Below are positions 13,678 through 25,560 of a stretch of DNA of 64,000 bases, in pieces. Numbering within the stretch: the first letter of the stretch is position 1; each line of letters opens with the position of its first letter. A program made the translations under genes and the position numbers. Location: the NCBI RefSeq assembly GCF_009914755.1, contig NC_060948.1; one strand, written 5' to 3'. The DNA is from the human T2T-CHM13v2.0 reference genome, Homo sapiens. Below the pieces are notes generated by a model, which did no database searches, had not been told where the DNA came from, and worked only from the letters and a program-made list of their open reading frames with translations.

Positions 13678-13968
13678 GTTTGTTTTTTTGAGACAGAGTC
13701 TGACTCTGTCACCAGGCTGGAGTGCAGTGGCATGATATTGACTCAGTATAAATTTCATCTCCCAGGTTCAAGTGATTCTTCTGCCTCAGCCTCCTGAGTA
13801 GCTGGGATTACAGACCTGCACCACCACCCCCAGATAATTTTTGTATTTTTAGTAGGAACAGGGTTTCACCATGTTGGCCAGGATTGTCTCGATCTCTTGA
13901 CCTTGTGATCTGCTTGCCTTGGCCTCCCAAAGTGCTGGGATTACAGGCGTGAGCCACTACGCCTGGCC
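13678..13968 (-). mobile_element. AluS (Sc-like)
   Basis: GTCACCAGGCTGGAGTGCAGTGG..GTCTCGATCTCTTGACCTTGTGATC..GCCTGGCC. Confidence 0.9.
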
Positions 13969-14400
13969 CCAAATGGTAGTTCTATCTTAAGTTATTTGGA
14001 AAATCTCCATACTGCATTCCATAGAGGTTGTATTAATTTACCTTCTCACCAACAGTGTATAACTGTACCCTTTTCTCACCATTCTTGCCAACGTATGTTG
14101 CTTTTTGACGTTTTTCAAAATGTCATTCATTTCCACATTTTATTATAATTCCTTAAAATTATGACTTTTAACAAAGAGAAGGGAAACATACAGTTGGTAA
14201 TTTTTTTAAGTGCTGTATAATTTCTAGTTAGAAAGCCACAGATAAGCCCCGTGCTGAAGCGAGGTGGTAAAATAGCACAAGTTTGAAATAAAGTAAATTT
14301 GGGAAGATAAAGTTGTTTTTAGGATGATAAAGATGTTAGATGTTTAAACTTGGTCCAATTTTTCTAACTTTTACTGTATTCTTCACACTTACCCAAACCA

Positions 14401-15230
14401 CAAACAACAAAAGTGAGATAAGGCAGTGATTGGGGATCCTGTTCCAATGCAGATACCAGAGATTCTCTTACTGGAATGATGAATGGTTAACAGCTATGCT
14501 GCATGTGGAAGTAAAATGCTTTCCCCCCCAAAAAAAATGGACCAATAAACACATAGCTTGGGCCTTTAAGGTCATATCAACCAATGGTTGACCCAAAGTC
14601 TGTCCAGGTGTGTTGACAGACTTCAGTCTTTCTTCCTGTGATATGAGTTCAGGTAGTAGAAACTCAGGGAAGGGCCCTTTGCTTTCTTTTTTGATGGGTC
14701 CAGACTTTAGCAGATAAGCAACATTAGAGAAAAACTTCCTCCTGTGCTTTGGGGTCACAGAGGGTTGAAAGACAAGAGGGAGTGAGAGAAGATGAGAGAC
14801 ATTGAGGCTTCTTCTTCAGTTCAACACATCAAAGCACCATATGTTGGAGCATGGATTTCTGAGTCCCAACAACTGGGTAGTGAAGACCACCCAGGGCTGT
14901 GTGTTGAGGATTCTGATGCAGACAGTCAAGGCTCACTTCTCTGAGAGGAAGCTAAATGCGACTCAGGAACACATCCCCATCTCAAATGTGTTTGTTATAT
15001 TGATGACAGTTGGCACTCAGATAGCATGCATCCCTTGTGGTTTCAACGGTTGGTTGACATGACCTTAAAGGCCAAAGCTATGTATTCATTGGTCCATTTT
15101 TTTGAGGAATGCATTTTATTTCCACAATGCAGCAAAGCTGCTAACCATTCATCATGCCAGTAAGAGAATCCCCGGGATCTGCACTGGAACAGGATCCCCA
15201 ATCACTGCTTTATCTCACTTTTGTTGTTTG
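14401..15230. repeat. Long inverted repeat: arms about 14401-14591 and 15043-15230, spacer about 450 bp
   Basis: AAAGTGAGATAAGGCAGTGATTGGGGATCCTGTTCCA vs TGGAACAGGATCCCCAATCACTGCTTTATCTCACTTT; GGCCTTTAAGGTCATATCAACCAA vs TTGGTTGACATGACCTTAAAGGCC. Confidence 0.92.
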
Positions 15231-16087
15231 TTTTGTTTTAATTTGTTTTATGTTTTACAAATAATCTGAAGTTAAAATATAATTGATAAAAGCAGTTATC
15301 TTGTGATGTCAGGATAAGTAAACTAGTGCACTTCAAGCAACATCTAACCAAGTGTCATTTTCTTGCTGGATTGCAATATTGATAGGCACATGGGATAATA
15401 TATCACGTAGATCCTGATTGTAGATCAATGCATCTTGATCCTGCATCTTGACCCTCTTCTCAGTGGGCTACATTTATGCCTAAAGAAAAATATTCTCTCA
15501 ATCCTCAAGAACATGAAACATTACAATCTGCAGAGCAAATTGCCAGCAGGAGAAAATGTTACCAAATATTCAAAAGCATGCTTTTTGTGTAAATGATCTT
15601 GAAACTCCAGGTAATGGGGGAAACAGGGTGAGGAGTGCATAAGCCAAGAACCTTATTTGACCCAGCAGCTTCCGGTTTCTAAAACCCTACTCATGCAGTG
15701 CCAGGAGGAAAATAACCAATTGGCATCACTTAATGTTTAGTGATAGAAAAAGAAAAGCATGCCTTTGTTCATTTTCTACTCTTCTCATTTCCTGCCTCAC
15801 CATTCATCAAATGAAACAGTACATTTTCATTTTCTCTATATGACTTGTAGCATTTTTGGGAATAGATGATGCGCTTAACATATTGCTGTTCATTTATGTG
15901 AAAAGATATTTCTGCTATTGTCCAAAGAGAGTGTCCATTTGCAAAATATCTAGTGTATGAAGACAAGTTTTATTTTCATTTTTCCCTTGTCTTTATATTT
16001 TAAATGTAGTTATAAAATGAGAGAACATGGGTTCACAAAGAAACATGAAATTCATAATTAATAAATGTGATTTTCTATTTGTTTTAG

Positions 16088-16173
16088 GTATGCAAGAGGC
16101 ACGTTTGTGTGGGAGCTCAAAAATGTTTAATTATTTTAAATCTCCTTTCACTAATTTAATAAATTTTTTTTGA
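16088..16173 (+). CDS. NLGN4Y: Alternative terminal coding exon of a short NLGN4Y isoform, (G)MQEARLCGSSKMFNYFKSPFTNLINFF*
   Basis: TTTCTATTTGTTTTAG acceptor (AG 16086-16087). Phase-1 continuation of the 5751-5903 exon is open to TGA 16171-16173. AATAAA at 16158-16163 and 16236-16241. The C-terminus matches my unverified recollection of an annotated short isoform. Confidence 0.75.
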
Positions 16174-16241
16174 GTTCAGATGCAATCTATTACACATGTT
16201 TCTTGATTTTAGGGCGATTCTACCCCAACATGCAAAATAAA
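16158..16241 (+). terminator. Intronic polyadenylation signals (AATAAA 16158-16163 and 16236-16241)
   Basis: Canonical hexamers within and just after the alternative terminal exon. Confidence 0.55.
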
Positions 16242-16276
16242 CAAGAGATCCTTCTAGTTCTTTACAAGTTTCTTAG

Positions 16277-17119
16277 TGAAACACGGCACTTCCCTGATGC
16301 TTTCATGGGTGGGAACTGGAGTGCACAGGTGCTGGAACTTGCTGGCCACTTCGGGGCAGGCAGTGGCAATCTCCATTGACTCACTGCTCCACCCCTCACA
16401 GGAGGAGAAGCACATGTGAGAGGGTGCAGGAGCCAAGATGAGCAATTTTGGATGCCAGCAATTTTAGGTGTAAGGAAGAAGGAACTCCATATCACCCCCA
16501 CAGCAGCATCTCATAGAGGGTGTTTGCTACCCTGGAAGCCCCAGAGGAAGTACTACAGTGTCCCTTTATCTTTGCCATCTGCAGACAGCATGTTAACAGC
16601 TCAGTGGTGGGTGGGTGTGACAGCCTTTTACACCCACACTCATGGCACCTAAGTTCTTGTCCAGCCTCCAGGAACAATGAAGTCACACAAACAAATTGAA
16701 ATGGTAAATGTGGGGGATTTTATTGCCAGTAGAATTGCTCTCAGGGGGAAGGGAAGCTGGGATAGAGCAGAAAGTTAACCTTCCCTAGAAATCCAGTCAT
16801 TCATGGTCAAAATCCTCTCCAAAGCTGCACCATCACGATGTACTTCTGAAGTCAAGCCACTTCTCTCTGATGTCCAACCATTGTCTCTAATGTCCAGTTG
16901 GTATTTCCCTCTGCTGTTTATGCCTAGAGTTTTTATGGGCACCAAATGAGGGGCAGGGAGGGCCATGGGTGGTTTTGGAAAAGGCAACATTCAAGTAAGA
17001 AGACAGGAATGTAAGTTCTCACTTTGGGCTGTGGTTGCATGCTTTTTGGCTTGAGGGTGGAGCCCTCTCCAGGTACCCACTCTCTTCTGCCCATAATTTC
17101 CCTGCCTCTGTCCCTATCA
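16277..17119 (-). mobile_element. ERV1-class solo LTR (MER52/LTR28-like)
   Basis: TG..CA termini. The minus strand begins TGATAGGGACAGAGGCAGGGAAATTATGGGCAGAAGAG..CCACCCTCAAGCC and carries CCCATAAAAAC and AATAAA (plus-strand TTTATT 16719-16724). Confidence 0.75.
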
Positions 17120-17137
17120 ATTTTATATTTATTTTAG

Positions 17138-17274
17138 GTATGCAAGAGGCACATTTTTGTGGAAGTTTGAAAATGTTTAATTATTTTAAATCTCCTTTTG
17201 TTCATTTAAGGAATGTCTTTGGAGCTCAGATGTCATTACACATGTTTCCTGACTTTGGGGAGCTTCCTTGCTAA
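17138..17274 (+). CDS. Second, diverged copy of the alternative terminal exon, (G)MQEAHFCGSLKMFNYFKSPFVHLRNVFGAQMSLHMFPDFGELPC*; use unproven
   Basis: TTTTATATTTATTTTAG acceptor (AG 17136-17137), same phase, open to TAA 17272-17274, AATAAA 17282-17287. Aligns by eye to 16088 onward. Confidence 0.35.
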
Positions 17275-17857
17275 CATGGGAAATAAACAGAGTCCCTAGT
17301 AATTATTTCCAAGTTTCTTAGGTAACCAATTATATGTATTCTACACCCCTTAGCAGTGAGTGTTCATGTTGTCAAATTTCCACTTGTTCTTAAATGAGAT
17401 TAAAACACAACAACAACGATGTTTAAAAGTTTCAACTATAAGAATATAAAATCAATGTATACTCCTTTGGGTTTTTCTCTAATTTTTTCACAGAATTCTG
17501 GTTTGCAAAAAGCCAGTAGCTGATTTATCTTCTGAAGATCTCTGTCTAAAATTAATAGGTATACTTTCATAAGCACACTTCATTTTGCAGGTGAAAAATT
17601 TTCTCCCAACAATTGTATATGATAGTGATTTACAAGTCAGTATTTTTGCTGTAAAGAGCGTGCCTCTAAGTATCATGTGAAGTAATTTAAATTATGCCAT
17701 TTTTTAGTAAGCATGTTGACTGAATCTCATGTATTTCCACTGATTCCACACTAAACAAACTATGTTTTATTTTTACTGCATTTGACTTGGTTTATATAGT
17801 TTACATAGACACTTTTGTATGTCTAAGCATGCCTGAGCATTATACTACATGGCATGG

Positions 17858-19551
17858 TAATGTGGTTTGGCTGTGTCGCTACTCAGATCTCATCTTGAAT
17901 TGCACTTCCCATAATCCCCACATGTCATGGGACAGACACAATGGGAGGTAATCGAGTCTTGTGGGTGGCTATCTTCATGCTGCTCTCAAAATAGTGAGTT
18001 CTTATGATATCTGATAGTTGTATAAGGGGCTTTTTCCCCTTTTGCTCAACATTTTTGTTGCTACCACCATTTGAAAAACACGTTTGCTTCCCCTTCTTCC
18101 ATGATTGCAAGTTCCCTGAGGACTCCCCAGCCATGCTGAACTGTGAGTCAATTAAACCTTTTTACTTCATAAATTACCCAGTCTTGAGTATGTCTTTATT
18201 AGCAGTGTGAGAACGGACTAAATACAGTAAATTAGTTCTGAGAGTGGGGTGCTGCTGTAAAGATACCTGAAAATGTGGAAGTGACTTTGGAACTGGGTTA
18301 AACAGGCAGAGGTTGTAACAGTTTGGAAGGCTCAGAAAGGAAGATATGGGAAAGTTTGGAACTTCCTAGACACTTGTTGAATGACGTTGACCAAAATGCT
18401 AATAGTGATACGGACCATGAAGTCCAAGCTAAGGTGGTCTCTGATGGAGAAGAGAAGCTTGTTGGGAACTGGAATAAAAGTGACTCTTGCTATGTTTAAG
18501 GAAAGAGACTGGCAGCATTTTGCCCCTGCCCTAGAAATCTGTGGAATTTTGAACTTGAGAGAGATGATTTATAGTATCTGGTGGAAGGGGAATTTGGGGT
18601 TAGAACCCACATACAGAGTCTCCACTGGGACACTGCCTAGTGGAGCTGTGAAAAGAGGGGCATACTCCAGACACCAGAGTGGAAGATTGCACCAAGCACC
18701 TGGAAAAGCCACAGAGGGTCAATGCCAGCTATTGAAAGCAGCTGGTGTTGAAGGGTGTATGCAGCAAAGCCACAGGTGTGGAGCTTCCTAAAGCCATGGG
18801 AGCCCAACTTTTGCATTATTGTAACTTGGATGTGAGACATGGAGTCAAAGAAGATTATTTTAGAGCTTTACAATTTGGCTGCCCCACAGGATTTTAGACC
18901 TGGATGGGACCTGTAGCCCCTTCATTTTTGTGAATTTCTCACATTTGGAACAAGTGTTTTTTAGCCAATGCCTCTACTCCCATTGTGTTTGGAAGTAACT
19001 AACTTGCTTTTGATTTTACAGGCTCATAGGCAGAAAGCACTTGTCTTGCCACAGGTGAGACTTTGGACTTGGACTTTTGAGTTAATGCTGAATGAGTTAA
19101 GACTTTGGGGGACTGTTGGTATGATATGATTTGTGTTTTGAAGTGTGAGGACATGAGATTTGGGAGGGTCTAGGGACCGAAAGATATGGTTTGGCTGTGT
19201 CTGCATCCAAATCTCATCTTGAATTATAGTTTCCCTAATCTCCTTATGTTGCGGGAGGGACCCAGTGGGAGGTAATTGGATCTTGGGGGCAGATACCCTC
19301 ATTCTGTTCTCATCATAGTGAGTTTTCATGAGATCTGATGGTTTCAGAAGGGGCTTTTCTCCCATTTGCTCTGCCCTTCTCCACGCTGCTGCCATGTGAA
19401 GAAGGACATTTTTGCTTCACCTTCTGCCACAATTAAGTTTCCAGAGGCCTCTCCAGCCCTGTGGAACTGTGGGTTAATTAAATGTTTTTTCTCTATAAAT
19501 TACCCAGTCTTGGGTATGTCTTTATTAGCAACATGAGAATGGACTAATATC
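17858..19551 (+). mobile_element. THE1/MST-type MaLR element: 5' LTR 17858-18226, shortened internal region, 3' LTR about 19182-19551, TSD CATGG
   Basis: Two homologous LTRs (TGGTTTGGCTGTGTC..ATCTCATCTTGAATT..ATAAATTACCCAGTCTTG..GGACTAA); CATGG at 17853-17857 and 19552-19556. Confidence 0.88.
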
Positions 19552-20109
19552 CATGGCACACAGAAATCTTTCTGGGGAGAAAATCATGGTCTACAATATT
19601 TTCTTACTCAGAAATAAGGGGATTCTTTGGGAAATCATCTTCCAGATAAAATCATAGCAAGCTGTGGCAGGAGATTTCTGAAGATCAAACATCCTTGTAT
19701 GTGTCTATAAATATTATCTGAGTCAGCACTCACAATCTGATAAATGCCCTATGTGTTCCAGTTTTCAAATGGTAGGTTTTGAGACAGAATTCACATGTCA
19801 GATGAGTCACATAAATTTGCAGAATGTCTGTGAAGGGGCATGGATATCTTTGGTTAGTAACTACCCAACCATTTTCCAAAGTGGACTTGATCTTTGGTAT
19901 TAGAATTGAGAAGTCCACCTGACCTAAAGAGAATAAGGTATCATCAGGAAGAAACAATATAAAACAAATTTTTTTACTGTTCCATTAGCCAAAGGCAGAT
20001 GATGTCTTAGAGATGTTTGGTTACATAGAGGAGAATCAAATTAAAACACACAAAACAAAGCTATCCTCCTATTAATATGATTTACTGTATAGGACACACT
20101 AATTTACTT

Positions 20110-20390
20110 GGTGAGAAAAGAAAATGGTTTAGGGGTACAAAATGCAGTTAGATAGAAGGAATAAATTATATGATTGGATAATGTGGTAGGAAAATGTATA
20201 TTTCAAAATAGCTGGAAGAGAAGAATTGGAATATTCCTAACCCAAAGAAAAAATAAATATTTGAGATGATGAATATCCCAGTTACTCTGATTGGATCATT
20301 ACACATTGTTTACAGGGGTGAACATATTACATTTGCCTCTAAAATATGTTCAAATGTATTATATTGATAATAAATAAGTAAATAAATGGC
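20110..20390 (+). mobile_element. L1MA-like 3' end fragment
   Basis: GTTAGATAGAAGGAATAA..TTTCAAAATAGCTGGAAGAGAAG..GATCATTACACATTG. Confidence 0.7.
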
Positions 20391-20473
20391 AAAAAACAGC
20401 ATTTCCAAAAGAGTATATTTCTATTAATAACTTTTTAAAGGGAAAGAGTCCGATGAATTGCAATAAGGTTAAA

Positions 20474-20529
20474 AGACAGAAAGATCCTGTCTCTAAAAAA
20501 AAATAATAAAAATAAAAATACATAAATAC
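20474..20529 (+). mobile_element. Extremely 5'-truncated Alu end plus tail between 17-bp direct repeats
   Basis: GACAGAAAGATCCTGTCTCT-A-rich tail flanked by ATTGCAATAAGGTTAAA / ATTGCCAAAAGGTTAAA. Confidence 0.6.
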
Positions 20530-21739
20530 ATTGCCAAAAGGTTAAAGAAGTAAAAACCTTCTACACATCCATAACTATAGCACCATTCTTGCTGTGGTAA
20601 CTATGGTTTTCTCTAGGCTTAAATATTTTAATTATATTTTATATTGATACTTGCTAATAATATAATATGTATTGTATAGATGACAGACTGGCCTTTTTGT
20701 GATGGCTTTTGCTTGCTTGGCGTATGGTAAAATTATTTATGAAACTTTAGGAAAAAGGTTTTTATATTTTCTTTTTTCTTTAGTATTGTGGAGTACAGTT
20801 CAAACTAACTAGGAAAATTAAAGACCTAAGATATTTTATAATTATATTAATATCATGAGTAATTACAAAAATAACAATAATGACTTTCACTCTGTTTTCC
20901 AGTCCTGTTCAAGATATTTACATGCAATGTCCAATTCAATTCACAAAAGCAATAAAAAGAGACGCTATTTTTTTTTCCATTTGTCAAACAGTAAAGCTAA
21001 GGTTACAGTCTTTCTTATTGATAACCTGGTGGTGATCTTTTGGGATATCATTGGAATCCCATTGGTTTTTCTCCAGAGGTACCTGCCATTAAGACTTGTT
21101 GCCTCAGTGGTTGATATTGGCCAAGACTTCTTAAGTAAAAAATTATTTAATGTTAGGACTTCTGCCTCACTTTTCTAATTAGTGGAGCATTTTGCCTCTC
21201 TACAGAAGAGAATCCCGGAAAATGCAAGAGCTGTCTGGTGTTGCTTAGTGTTCCTGATAATCTAGTATTTTCAGTAACGTTAACTCATATCCGCAGGGCT
21301 ATGGAGGGGGTCACATATTTTTATTCAATTAAATGTCAACACTTGAGAAAAACTTTGACTGTCAGAAAAAAACTGAGTGAGATACTCAGCAAATTGTTTA
21401 ACAGTTGGGGAGTTTGCAATAGTCTATGAAAACTGTTTTACTTTATAGAGCCAGAGAAATTTTTCATTGACCCTAGCACAGTGTTGGTTTCACTCAGGGA
21501 TGCTAACTTTGCTAATATATTTATCCATATACTGATATAATAATTATAATATCATGCTTGTCACTCACTTTGTAACAACCAACCACATTGTCAGAAATAA
21601 CATTTGTTATCCCATCTCCCTCCTACAAAAATCCTATGAGATCCTAATATTATCTTGATTTTCTTTAAACAAATACCACCAGAGGCCCCCTCTTCTTGAA
21701 TTAAGTTGGGTTTATTGACTCTTATGTATTTCTATTAGT

Positions 21740-21990
21740 ATTATTATTATTCATTACAGATAGGATCTTGCTGCGTTGCCCACTCTGGTGTGCAGCTGTG
21801 TGATCATAACTCATTACAGCCTCCAACTCCTGGGCTCAAACAATCCTCCCACCTCAGCCTCTTGAATAGCTGGGACTACAGTTGCCTGCCACCACGTTTG
21901 GCTAATTTTTATTTATTTTTTTTTACAGGTGTGATCTCATTATGTTGTCCAGGCTGGTCTTGAATTCATGACCCCAGATGTTCTTCCCAC
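21740..21990 (-). mobile_element. AluJ-like element, possibly inserted into an old LTR remnant (about 21670-22390)
   Basis: CAGCCTCCAACTCCTGGGCTCAAACAATCCTCCCACCTCAGCC; TATTGACTCTT repeated on both sides. Confidence 0.8.
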
Positions 21991-23547
21991 TTCTATTGAC
22001 TCTTTACAACAAGAAAGAATATGTACATAGGGGATGTCTCAGTACAAGGGTAGGAAAGAGTTAGAGAATTGGGGCTTGTTTTAAATGATTTACAGAGGGT
22101 TCTGGAAAACTGTGCTTGAATTTGGAATTGATACTTTCAGGACGTGTTGGCAGTTCTATGACTGGTTATCTTAATCTTATGTAAGAGGAGGAAAAATGAA
22201 GCATAGGTTAAAGCAATGGTTGACAAAGAAACAACAGTCACTGATGATACCAAGGACAGGTGGACACTTGATCATGTTTGAGTGTTTGAATAACCACTTT
22301 TTTGTGTAAGTGTCCAGACATGATTACAATGTGGTCTTCATTTTGTCTTGTTCTTTCATGATCACACAGTGGTTTTTCCTTCTGTCACTGTTCCATTATT
22401 ATTATTATTATTACTATTATTTATATTCAATAGAACAATGGCACAACCTAGCTGCAAGGGACAGGAAAACACCCAGGATTGCCAGGGTTTAGGTGACATT
22501 GCCAGGTCAGCTGCTGATCACCAGGGATTGCTTTTCTCTTTTGTGAGTAACTGAATATTAAATAAACCGAGTAACATATCCCAAATCCTACCGAGAGTTG
22601 GAGGTAATACTGGAGTCTCAACAAAGACTATAGAGGAGAGTCTAGCCCATTCATCTCCAGGCTTTTCTCTAGGAAACCAAAGACCAATATTATATTTGTT
22701 GCAGAAAAGAGACACCCTATAGTCAACATAATGTCCAGTGAGAGTTAATTTTAATGAGGTTCTTTTTCAGAATTCAAGAAAGCTGGAGAAAAGAGGCGTT
22801 GTGTAACTCACATACCAGGAGGCATCTTCTGTAGCTAGTCAGCAGATGCCTCTTCCACTGGAGGGATGCGATCTTAAGGATAGGAGAATTCCATTTATAA
22901 CCAAGACCGCTTCATTCATGGGCCTGGATTGGATAGGGATGGCCCATACCAAGGTCTTTGATTCTCGCTTTTATTGTTACATTCTGTATGACTGATTCAG
23001 ATTTGTCCGCACTAATATATTTTCTCTGGTTCTGATCATTGTGGCCATGTCTTCCTAGAACAAAGGCCTTGGGTTAATTTTTGCAGAGTAATGACGTTCT
23101 CAGCAGCAGCTGAACTCTGTAGATCAATATTCCTCTTTCTTGTTTTCTTCCAATGGCAACTAAACATGCAAGACACATCAGGAGAAGGGTATGAGATTCC
23201 CCAATAGCTAACCAGCAATAATAATGCAACATGTAAGGCTAATGCATGCCCTTGAAATGCCAAGGGATAAATTCATATGCATTTTTTCATTTGGGGTTTG
23301 AAGAGCCAGATGACATGCAAAAGAAAAATATTGACAAAAGATATCTTATCATTTATTTTCAATTATTAAGCTTGATTTTCATACATTCAAACTTAGTTTT
23401 TTAACAGGTACATGACTCTAGTTTTTGAAAGCCAGAAGAATGCACATATAAAATCTTTTTTGTCTAACAAATTAATCCCATGTTTCTTGGTTCTGATGCT
23501 TGCATACTGCTTATGTTAAAACAATTGTGAGCAAGCCCAAACTATAC

Positions 23548-23672
23548 TTTTTTTTTTGAGATGGAGTCTCACTGTGTTGTCCAGGCTGGAGTGCAGTGGC
23601 GCGATCTCAGCTCATTGCAAGCTCTGCCTCCCAGTCTCACACTATTCTCCTACCTCAGCCTCTGGAGTAGCT
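23548..23672 (-). mobile_element. 5'-truncated Alu (right-arm part)
   Basis: Poly-T, GAGATGGAGTCTCAC..GCAAGCTCTGCCTCC..GAGTAGCT; TATACTT on both sides. Confidence 0.85.
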
Positions 23673-25129
23673 ATATTATACTTATTTTTAAAATGACAGT
23701 ACGGCTGAGGTATTCAAAATATGTTTAAAGGTTCTAACAGAAACATGTTAGAAAAAAAGAAGCTTGACAGCTTTTAAGTTTATTAGATACAGAAATTTAT
23801 ACTTAGATTTATTTAGATTGAAAATTAATCCTAAGGCATTTAACCAGCTGGGAGAGCTTATGCATGCATACGAGTTTCAAGCTGCAACTAAGGCAGTTGG
23901 GCAGCAGTAGAAACAAAAAGTTGATATTTATTTTCTTTCAGAACCAACTGTGACTGATTAACCACAAAAGATCAGCAGGGGTATTTGGGCCTAGGTCATG
24001 TTGATGGCCTTTTGGGTTTTAGTTTGCTTTAGGGTTCATTGCTGCAAAAGGAAGCCTCCTCTACAAATGAGATGAGACTGCATGAGTACAAAGCAGAGAG
24101 ATGCAGTGCTTTCTACAGCACTGAGTAGGCAAATTGTGCAGATTTTTCAGTAGAATCTACTTAACACCAATCCATGCATTTGCATTTTATTAAAATGAAA
24201 CTATGATAATTTAAACTGCACATTGCAGATATGACCTATAAAATGTTTGATGTCCTATTTTTAACAAAAGTTTTGAAAATTTGCACTCCATATCAATTTC
24301 TCTACTTATGTGTTTTAGTTATTTTTTGTAAAGAATGCCAGATTTTCAAAGCAAGTAGGCCAAGAGGATGATCTTTTTTTCCTCCTTTTTTTTCCCCCGA
24401 TGTTTAAAATGCAACTGCCATGGGGCTGTGCCCTTTTAGCTGTTGGAAAAAATAATCTACTATGCCTTGGTTGTATGTGTGAGTCACCAGACCTTCTGGG
24501 AATGATTCTTTGGCACATTCTACCAACAATTTAACATGATACAAAATCATTTTCATATCTTGTGATAGTGTCAGCCAAGTGTTTCATACACATGGAGATA
24601 AGTGCTGAAAAAGGTGTTTGAATAAAATTGTTTTCTTAAAGCAACTATAGAGGATGAGATAAAAGGATGCACAATTACATTTCATAAATTGAGAGAGTTT
24701 CCTAAACAAGAGAGCATTCCTGGAAATGCAGAGAAAAATAAAAAGATCTTAAAGATGTTGTATTAAGATAAGTTAGACTAAGGCAGCTTGGACATGTGTC
24801 TCCTTTACTTCATGTTTATATATAAGTAAACATTAAAAGTAGAGGAATTTCAGTTTCCACATAACTTATATAGGAGCAACAAATGGGGCTTTCAACTACT
24901 GACCACATTGGCATATCACCCAATGTTTTCTTTCAGACTTCTCTACCTACGACAAAACCATTGTGGTATTAGAGCTTCATGAACTGTGTATCTTTGATTA
25001 GTTGATTTAACCTGTCTGGCCCTCATTTTTCTCATCTGTAAAATAATTGAGTCTTATGTGATTTGAAGATCAAAAGAATTACTACACAAACAGTGCTAGT
25101 AAGAGTCCCTGCCACATAGAAAGGCTAGT

Positions 25130-25560
25130 ACACACACACACATACATATATACACACACCCCCTCATACTTTTATATATTAAAGGTGTATGATTTATGAA
25201 TTATTGCATTAGAAATGTAAATCTGTTATATATATCATATATATGATAAGTGAAATACAGATTATGTAATTTACACCACCTATTTTATTTTGTAACTTCG
25301 TAAACAGATTTTGAAAATTTTATTTTGTGTGTATGTCTTCCAAGTCATTCCCTAAACTTCATTAAAATCCCTTTGATTTATGGGAAAATATCTGTATATA
25401 TCAGGTATTCATATATATAACACATATAACTCTTCTGAGGTTATAAACACACATATATTTATAACATAGAAAATTACTAACTCATATATGTGCCTATCTA
25501 TATATAATTTTCATATATAACATTGTATATTACATATAAATATTTATATTACATACGAAT
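25130..25560. repeat. TA/CA-rich low-complexity region
   Basis: Direct reading. Confidence 0.6.

Larger units (their letters stand above)
16070..17321 (+). repeat. Direct duplication of about 205 bp (16070-16276 and 17120-17321) abutting a solo LTR
   Basis: Both copies read TTTTAGGTATGCAAGAGGCAC..AAAATGTTTAATTATTTTAAATCTCCTTT..TTACACATGTTT..AAATAAACA..CAAGTTTCTTAG. Confidence 0.92.

Noticed and set aside
18381-19395. 136-aa and 123-aa ORFs
   Set aside because: They lie within the THE1/MST internal region and LTR; no recognisable protein family.
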